From assembly GCA_951406725.2 (NCBI GenBank), contig OX597817.1:103230001-103294000 (forward strand): a stretch of 64,000 nucleotides of DNA. Reading direction: 5' to 3'. The notes below the pieces were generated by a model. It saw only the letters and a program-made list of their open reading frames with translations, did no database searches and was not told where the DNA came from. The translations under genes were made by a program, and so were the position numbers. Source of the stretch: Octopus vulgaris. Its lineage: Eukaryota. Shown here piece by piece: positions 25,720 to 64,000 of this stretch (the stretch's first letter is position 1; every line of letters starts with the position of its first letter).

Positions 25720-27130
25720 TAGAAGAGTTCGCACAGTTTGCTAAGACTCAGACAAGGTCTCCGACTCGAGGATTTCTGAGACTTTTCACACACCACCAAT
25801 GTCAAACAATTGATCCAAATCCTTTAGTCAATTTTTCCTTCTCTTTTGAAACATTCAAATACTTCTCTCCCACCTAGATCTCACAGTTCACCTTATTCTC
25901 CTACACAAACCACCCACCCTAGTTTCTCTGAAGCACACATTTCTTAATCCTCACCTACAAACCATCTCTGCCCCAAAAGGTAGTGTCTGTGTATACGTAG
26001 AATCCATACTCTGTTCTCTTTCTAGATTTCTACGATAACGACTCCCAGTTTCTCTGTCTCAGAATTTCCCCCGCTCATTATTTCAAGTACATGAGCTCAT
26101 TCTAGCACTCTCCTAACTTATTAAACTCTGACTAAATCTCCTCCTGCGTTGAGAACATTTATCTAACATCTCTTCTCTCCAAAGTCACCGTCCTTCATCC
26201 AACTCTCATGTTTTAAATCGTAGCCATATATTGACGGAGCTCTTTCTTCGCCGCATTCAACTAACTCTAGCGTTCCCCAGGATTCGGATTTGTCGCCTAA
26301 TTTTCATTCTGTACATTAACGATTTACTTGTTGCCACATCCAACAACACCCACTCTTTTACAGATGGCGCACCCTTTCATTCCTCCTTAAATTTCCCCAA
26401 CCATGTACCATTCACAAGCAATCTAAACTCTACATGTAAAACCGACATTGATTCTATAAAAGAACAACATGAGACTATTCTTCAGTGGGGACATGCTATC
26501 CTTTGTTTTCTCTTTTAACAACAATAAAACTCAAACACTACTCATATCAAGAAAGCACCCCCGAGAGAAGGACGCTGCTTGAGTCCTGCTCTCGGTGGTG
26601 CTCACAGTGGCTCCAAATGCTAAGTCCCACAATCACTGAAGATCGCTCTCAGCGATAACACTTCCCTAACATATCTAGAATTACATTCCAAAGACTAATC
26701 CTTCTCTTCAAGGCCAGAAAATATTTTGGCCCAAGCATTTGCTGCCACTCTACAAAGTTCAAGTGAGACCCACAGTGGAGTAAATCTGTTATGCACGTAC
26801 AGACATTGGACTGCTTCCAGAGAAGGCCACTTGAGTAACTGGAATCCAGTCATTAACATGTTCCACACTCTATTTTTTCGATCACAACCATAAACGCCTC
26901 TGCTCATCGGAGCTGACTTGTCTTGCACCTCTATCACTTAAGCATTCCCGACCTACTTATCTTTCCACCTCTCGTGCATACGACCCCGTTGGACCCGCAC
27001 GAACCATTATTCCTAGTCCTAGAACATCGGCCGTCTGGGATCTTCTCCATGCTCATGTCTTTCTTACAGGTGTTGTGATGTAACATTTAAATGGACCATT
27101 AACAGCATGATATTCGCCGGTCTCAGATGT
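25720..27130 (+). mobile_element. Highly decayed CR1/Jockey-like LINE (RT fragment)
   Basis: SVPQDSDL (GVPQGS-like) followed by FILYINDLL...HSFTDG (YADD region). Confidence 0.55.
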
Positions 27131-27403
27131 GGGGTAGAGGTGCAAAGGTCTTTCGCCAGACACAAATAAAAAATAAGAAAATAAAAATATATCCGTGTAT
27201 TGTGTATATATAATTTATATAAACGTATGTATGTATATCTACACATGTGTACATGTACGTACATACATACATACATACATACATACATACATACATACAT
27301 ACATACATACATACATACATGCATATATATATATATGTGTGTGTGTGTCTGTGTGTGCGTGTGTGTGTACAGAAACACACATGTATACACATATATATAT
27401 ATA

Positions 27404-27567
27404 CTTTATTATTAAAGATGCAAAAACATCACAAAAAACCCAGCTACTCATAGTTTCACGTTCATGTTCGTCTGGCAGTTGTGATTCTGAATCACAACTT
27501 CGACGAACGGGAACGTGAACCTCTGAGTAGCAGTTTTTGTGATGTTTTTGCAGCTTTAATAATAAAG
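27404..27567. repeat. Imperfect palindrome (~80-bp arms, 1-nt centre at 27488) downstream of the GMC stop codon
   Basis: ctttattattaaag...gtgattc T gaatcac...ctttaataataaag. Both arms carry decayed hammerhead-like cores. Confidence 0.85.
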
Positions 27568-27633
27568 CATGTTACTCTACCTTCAGTATTCGAGTACTAT
27601 TTTTTCCCACCTTATTTCATATTTATGTGCTTA

Positions 27634-27712
<79 letters not shown>

Positions 27713-27751
27713 TTTCTCTCTCTTTCTCTCTCTTTCTCTCTCTCTCTCTCC

Positions 27752-27782
<31 letters not shown>

Positions 27783-27914
27783 AACTTACATGAATATATA
27801 TTTGTATGTATGTATGTATGTATGTATGTATGTATGTATGTATGTATGTATGTACGTATGTAAGATGTCTGTAAATCATTTAAAAAAAGTTTTTCTCTTT
27901 ATTTTCCGAAGTAA

Positions 27915-56486
<28,572 letters not shown>

Positions 56487-56588
56487 CTGAGAAAAAAGAA
56501 GAAAAAAACAACAACATTTAGATAGGAACGGAATGAGAAAAACTAAATACATAAAAGTTTTAATTAATATTATCAGTATAAGTATGTA

Positions 56589-56688
<100 letters not shown>

Positions 56689-58699
56689 TGCGTGTATAGA
56701 ATAATGGTGAAGTGTTTATGGGGATTTCTTCGATTCTTTCGTAGAAATTTTGAAATTATTCTCTTAAGAAATTTGAAGCAAACGTTCTGATATTGTGTTT
56801 ATCAAAGACGTTATATAAAACAATCCTAGAAAATACCAGCCGGGATGAATAATGATGTTTTTACTATTTTGGTTATTCTAAAAAGAATAGTAAAATAAGA
56901 ATAATAAAGAATACTTTCTTATGCCATGTAAATGTTTCCTAGCGTCTTAATGCGGCTCCCCGGTAAATAAAATTATTGATTAACAATCCACTTTTCTCTT
57001 ATTCCATTACCTGATTGAATCTTAAAAAAAAAGAAGAAAAAACAGAAAAGAATGCTCGGATCCCATACTGCCAACACCCATTTCCTAAATATTCATTCCC
57101 ATTGTGAAGAGAAAACGATCACAATTTTACCTGGCAAAATTTCTCAGAGATACCTTCAATCTTGAATATCATAACTTACTGCATTCTATCAAAATCATAT
57201 CAGAAATTTATAATCTCTTAATCTCTTTCATTGCAACTGATAGAAAAATTCAGAAAAATTCAATGCTTTTCTTTATCAAATTTCAAGTTTTCATGATAAC
57301 GTTAAAGAAATAGTAGTTAATTCGTGACAGAACAGATCATAATTCAATTTCCGGAATTCCGCTTTTAAATTACTAAAATACTCCACAAACTATTTAAATG
57401 TTTCGAAGAAGTGAATATGCGTATACATACATACATACATACATACATACATACATACATACATACATACATACATGCATGCATGCACGCATGTATGTAT
57501 GTATGTATGTATGTATGTATGTATGTATGTATGTATGTATGTATGTATGTATGTATGTATGTATATAAACGAAGCTATATTGTACGTTAAAATCTACATT
57601 ATATTGCGTTAGCTTTCTGTTAATCAGAATCAGAAGCAAAATTTTTCAACTGATATCTGAATTGCAAACTCTTTCAATTCTTCTGTGGTTGCGATTAAAA
57701 TATATCACACCATGTCCATCAAGCAAAATTTAGAATATCTTGATTAGACATCAGTGGTGGTGGTGGTGGTGGGGGGGGTCTACCAACCGCTCCTCCAATA
57801 GTGGGTGGGCACCATCTGATCACTAACATGACAAATCCATAGCTAACAATTGTTAGACTATGTACAACGTTTTTTCTCAAATATTATTTTACTTAACTCA
57901 GTAAAATGTAGTCTCTGGTTATCAGTTGTTTGTCTTCATTTAAGACGGATTTCGATGTTTAAAACGCGGAAATCATTTCTTTTAAGAACTCTAGAGAACT
58001 GGAAAAACGCTTCAGCACCTGTCATATCCACTGTAATTAGAGTCATACCATAAAACCGTATCAGTTCATCGGAAATGGATTCAAAGAACGAGCTTCTACA
58101 AGCTCACCGGGCTTGCAAGAAGTAGCAGCTAAATTCCTTAAAATCACATACAAACGAATCCAGAATGTAGTGCAAGATATATAAAGAGGCGAAATGGTTA
58201 TAAATGGAACGCCTTTGATCATAGGTCTGTTCGATAAGGGGTAATTTGGACCTAAATAACAACAAAAGTAACAGCAGCAACAACAACAACAACTTGACCT
58301 GAATTGAATTGATTATTTGTCTTGGTAGCTCCATGCCAGGAAACATTTACAACAAAATGACCAGCAGGAATACTGTCGCAGTCAGTCTGTTAGAAGCTTT
58401 GTAGAATTTGTCACTCGTTGCAGGTGAATCCCTTGTCTCATAGAATGACAGACCTATGTATCCATCCATCTATCCATCCATCTGCACGCACATATACATG
58501 TACAGAATATATAATATATATATACACTTAGCTATTCTCAACCCCGCCTTTTTTCTCAGGACCTTCTTAAACATTCTACTCAGATTCTAGGGTCTTTGTC
58601 AAACAAGGGGGCATCAGGAATAAGTAGAAATAAATAAGAATTTTGACATAAGACATAACTGAATAAGAAATACATGAAGTTAAGATTTAATATTTAACA

Positions 58700-60330
58700 T
58701 AACTAATGCGATCCTCAAGATTGTTGTTTTTCGACACGTTTTATGATATTGTTGCGATCTCAAGACATTTCCTTGATTTTGATAAGGCAACAAAATCTGC
58801 ACTCGACCAAACACGCTGGTGGAAATGCAATGAAATATATTTGGACCTTTCTCCACAGTACAGGGAATATATTTGGCAGATTAATTTTGATCCAAAGATA
58901 AATCAAATCCTCTTGAACTTCTGCCTCAACTTCAGTAGCTTCCATTTCAAAAGGATTCAAAATCCGTTCCAGGACACTTAGGTTCAAAAGGTCATCAAAT
59001 ATTTCTTGAATATACTTGTATCTGTTAAGATGATTCACATAAATTAATAAGCTCATCGTTTTTCAGTACCAAATCGATTATTCCTGGGTTTGGAAATTGT
59101 GAAAATTCCAAAGCCTTATGCTGTACCAATATACTTCGAATTTCTTAAGGAAAGGAACAAATGCTTCCTTACTTTCTATGAGGCTACTGCTTTAATGCTC
59201 AGTTTATTAAATGCTCAGTTACTGCTTTCATGTCTCAGTTTATTAAATAATGCTGTATTTAATAAACTGAGACATGAAAGTCTAATAAAGAAAATGGAAG
59301 AAGACTCAGATATGCCTAAGAACGTCTCAAAACGTTGAAGATAGTTTCCTTTAGAAAGTCACCTCACCTCGATATGCGACAGTAGCGTTTTGAAAATCTT
59401 CACCATTTTTTCACATGGTTGTTCCAGAAGAGTTTGTTAAAGTTTATATCTTTATGACAGCTGAAGCGAAAGATTGAGACGTCCTCCTCAGTTTTAAGTT
59501 ACTAGGTGAATCCTATGAATTACACAGTGAATGGTGCGTACAAACACTATGGTCCTTTTTAGATGGACGAAGAGTCATCTGTAGTAACCAGTCATAGAAG
59601 TGGTACCATCATTTGAAGAAGCAATTATATTCTCCGTTGGAATATTGTTTACGTCTAGGTAACTTTAACTACTTCAAGAACAGACAGTCCCTTTGTATCT
59701 GTTTTAATCTTCCTAACAAATAACATCTTTTCCATCAATTCATTCCCTTTCCAGAATCTTACATAACCTCAGAATCTTATATAAACTTTGCAAAGTAGTT
59801 TTTGTCTATTTGAAAAGAGAATTTATTCGATTGAACTGAAATGACTAACTCTTCTTCAATGTCACGAGCCATCTTATCGATTCTTCTGGCAACAGTGGAA
59901 ATTACTCAAAGGAATTGCCTGAATAGTTTTGTTGGCACTCAAATTCATGATGCAAGATATTGTTGACCATGAAGGCATGATGACTGACTCATTAATCTTG
60001 TGCTGATTTTCTGTTTTAGCAATCAGCTTACTATTGTGTATGAAGCAACAAAGCACTTTTCTAATTTCTGCGGCATTTTGATTAAGCATCTGCGGCAGCG
60101 TTGGCCTACTCTCAAATGATCTCGAAAGTTTTTGAAAAATATCCAATGGCTCATTTTTTTTTAATCTGAGAAGTATTTAAGAGATTTTTTCTATTTGTTC
60201 TGTCTCATGCTTTCATTTGATAATGCAGATATGCAGTTCAAATACATAAATGAAGATGGGTTTTGCAGGGTTGCAATGCAACTACACAATAAGTATTACA
60301 CTAAATACTGTCGACATTTTTTATGCTGAG
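58700..60330 (-). mobile_element. hAT Buster/Charlie (ZBED5/SCAND3-like) transposase remnant
   Basis: LIAK...ESVIMP...IPLSN...TVARRI-like segment; C-terminal FPVLWRKVQIYFIAFPPACLVECRF (hATC-like). Many stops and frameshifts. Confidence 0.75.
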
Positions 60331-62501
60331 AAACTCATGGGTAAAATTATTCATGAACACAGAAGTAGTATTGTATTAGTAAAAAGCGCTTAGCAAATAC
60401 CACTGAGGAATATTGTTAAGAAGAAAAAAACAGGCTAGTATACAGCAGTTTACACTTTAATCTTCAATTACAGAATCCTGAATAGCTGACAATATATAAA
60501 ATATTCACAGAAAATAATTCTCCTAATATTCTATAACTACGATAATATTCATAATTTGTAATCGTGAGAGGCTGCGAAAGAGAAATTATCACAAGTGAGG
60601 CAAGCGTATTGTCTCGTCCGAATCAATCAAAATAAGTGTTAAAAATTTCATTGATCTACATCTACACAGTTTCCTCAACACACAACCGAAAATATTTTCA
60701 TAGAGCCTAACACAGAAGTGCTTTCAAGAATAGATTAACTAAGACCAGATAAAATTTACTCACTCATCAAAATTAAATTGATCACGCGGCAGGATATGTA
60801 ATCCCAGATCCTGCTTATCATTATTAGACTTTCAACTCGGCAGTTACCAGCGCCTCTTATATCTATTTAGGCCTCAACTGTTCTGATTTTTCAGGAATTT
60901 GATTAATTTATTTCGACCCCCAGATCATAATGAAATAAAATATAAAAACAAATAAATCGTGGAATAAATCACTTACGGTCGGGGATTTGAGACAGAGGTT
61001 CAAACTAACGTAAGGCGCAGAAGACCCTTGAATCAACAACAACACTTGTAAAAAGTCTACCTTTAATAAACACTAAATAATAGTACTTTACGTAAGATAG
61101 GAGTTTACGCTGTGTCATATTAAGGATTAGGACGAGATCTAGTCAACATTGCGCTGCAGCTAAAGGAAAACTCCCATTATAATTTTCTGCAATGAAGGGA
61201 ATATATCATCCTTACCAAAATTTACAGAAACATTAATCAGAAGATGGGAACTAGCTTCTAAATGTCGACATGAGAATAAGTTATAATATTCTGATCAAGC
61301 AAATTTGAATGTAAACAAACGAACCGTCATAAGTCTGTTGACCACAATCTCTTACGAAACTCAAACCAAATCCCCATCCTCACCAAACACAAAGAAGAAA
61401 AAAGGAACGAACTATTTTGATAAAACTGTGAAAGTCACAAGCTCCACAAAACAAACCATTTGAGCATCATTCTGTATCATAGATATCAAACTCTAAGTAA
61501 CAGTATGTAGTAAACTGTATTTATAACCTTATATACTATCTTAAAGTTAAATTAATTTATTTCAAAGTAACGTTGTGAGGGACATTTTATATTTACATCT
61601 CAGAAATATATATTAAAATACAATAAAAACAGATTTTCCATCTGTGGCAAAAATTTCCGCATATCTTATATATATGAGGCTTCCCTGCCTTTCTTTCTTT
61701 CCCTCTCTTTCTCTCTGTTTCTCCCTTACTCATTCCACACATCTGCCTGTATATATATATATATATTGACAGATAGATAGATATAGATATGTATGTATGT
61801 ATGTACATACGTATGCGTGTAATCATTTATACAATCATTTGTGAATGTATATATATAATATATACACATGCATATATATATATATATATAGATATGAGAC
61901 ATATATAATATATATTATATATATACGATATATATATATATCATATATATATATTATATATATATATGTATATATATATATACGGTCATACGCACAAACA
62001 CACGTATATGTGTATGTATGTATGTATGTATTATGTATATATATATATATATATATATCATAGAAAACAAGCAGATTTCTCGACACACAGACCTATATTT
62101 GAGATAATGGAAGCTATTTTAATAAATATAAATAAATATAATTATTCATATAAATAACACTCTCGGACCCAGGAGGTTTTATGTGAACCACTACACATAT
62201 CAGAGGAACGAAATGCAGAAACTCTAATTGTACATTCAATATACGCCCGTTATATGGCCTGTTTCCCTTGTCACGGTGTTAGTGGAGCAATTTCAACCAA
62301 CAATGAATATAAAGTCGTTAATGTGTTCACAATTTTCAGATATAAATTTTATACATACACAAGACTGATTAACGTAAAAGGAGAATATCTATTATTTTAT
62401 GTGACAAAAACACGCAATGCTCAATCTGTCTCTGTCACCCTGCTTCTGTCTATCTGTCCATCTCTCTCTAAATCAATATTCTTTCTTTCTTTCTTTCTTT
62501 C

Positions 62502-62534
<33 letters not shown>

Positions 62535-62770
62535 ATGTGTGAGTGCGTGCATGTGTTAGCAACTGCTCGAACTCAAACATTAGTGCTAGAATTGTTAACC
62601 GATGAAATGAAAAACACAGCAAACATTTACTGATGAAAAATCCTAATGATTGATTACATATGTATATGCCTATAAGTATATAAGTATTTGCTAATGTATG
62701 TATGTATGTATGTATGTATGTATGTATGTATGTATGTATGTATGTATGTATGTATGTATGTATATATATG

Positions 62771-62837
<67 letters not shown>

Positions 62838-64000
62838 TATCCGAAAAAATGCGAGCGCAGAAACGATGATGTTCTTCATTAATTTGAACTTGAAAGAGTA
62901 TAGGAGTAAAAATGCAAGCTTAAATATATTGAAGCTGACGTTAGAATTTAATTAATATGCCTTTCGGATAGTTTCGGATCGAAAAAAGTAAGGGAAATAT
63001 TAAATGAAAGACTAGGTTGCTTTTGGACAGCATGTTTGGTAACAGCAAAATATTTGAAGAGCTGTTTTCTTTTCTCTCTCACAGGACCCTGTCATATACA
63101 TGCAGAATTGGGATCTTCTCTAATGGATTTATGCTGAGTCTGAAAAAGGTAATTTAAATTTTTTGCGCTTTAAGGAAAGGATTTGTTGTTCAACTTTTAT
63201 AGCGCCACAGAATTGTTGGGTTTCCAGAGTTTCACAGGCGTAGACTCAAATCTTTTGCTCTACTGATGATAAATTGTCGTTTTTGTATAGTGAGTAGACC
63301 TCGCTAAAACCGCCTCACTATCGATCTCTATTTCTGAACTGACAGGATTAATGCTTGCTTGATTGTTAGTAAAGATACAGTCCACGGTAGTCACGTTTCC
63401 TCTTTTGATACTTAAATGTCAACTCAGCTGTAGTTGGAAAAACATAAGAGGAAGATAGCTGATTGTTTTTAAAGTTTAAAGATAAGTTTGCATCTCCTTC
63501 ATACGAGTACTTCAACTCCCTTCCAACATATTGTCTATAATAGGGAGTAAATATAGAAAGTTCAGTATAGATATTGTTATATTTCGGGATAGTCATTTAT
63601 TTTTACCATCCTGAAATGTAACAATATCTGTTCCATATAGAATTTTCTTCGTAGAGGGTATTAGAATCTAAGGAGGGTATACACTTTTACTCTTGAATGA
63701 AGCAACATATTTTCAACAGCACATTCTTCTTATATAATTTCCAACTTCAATTGTAATATGTTTAAAATCTTCCACCTCTTCTTCTCCTGCACTTTTCTGG
63801 TTTCAGTTAATTAAAAATATTATCACTCGTGCGTCTGCTATTTTGCTGCTGGTTCTCCTATCTTACACAAAAAGAAGAAGAAAAAAAACAAAAAACAAAA
63901 AAACAACAACAAAAAACAAACACCGAGACACAATTCGAAAAGTATAAAAAGAAAATAAAAAACTGAATTTTTTCAAAAGGTTTTGACAAGTTTTTTTTTT

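Noticed and set aside
60755-60825. Minus-strand MISRIWDYIS... with a GTGAGT donor as GMC exon 1
   Set aside because: Spacing from DYI to GGGSAG is wrong and similarity is poor.
63366-63596. 76-aa minus-strand ORF after an acceptor-like tttcag
   Set aside because: All three frames from the acceptor hit early stops, and no domain is recognisable.

Overview
AT-rich, microsatellite-dense animal genomic DNA. The SINE families, Penelope-like elements and (TA)/(CA)/(CATA)n load suggest a coleoid cephalopod, probably Octopus; this is inference from pattern recognition, not a search. There are two protein-coding genes. (1) An intronless, divergent A/B-type cyclin-like ORF (11282-12100, +) in which the two conserved CDK-binding residues are substituted. 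(2) A minus-strand GMC oxidoreductase (glucose dehydrogenase-like) that I spliced by hand into 10 phase-compatible GT-AG exons (56486 to 27915, about 568 aa, first coding exon not found). It has Lys at the second catalytic His/Asn position. The rest is decayed transposons: RTE, CR1-like and RLE-type LINEs, Penelope-like elements, mariner/maT/pogo, Chapaev3, hAT-Buster, Copia, Helitron-like elements and SINEs. The most striking unannotated signal is about 10 minimal type I hammerhead ribozyme motifs from about 6 repeat families. Most have palindromic or near-palindromic stem III. They sit in large inverted repeats and in a 538-bp tandem unit that resembles a retrozyme (candidate self-cleaving or circular RNA). 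Repeat boundaries were read by eye and are approximate.
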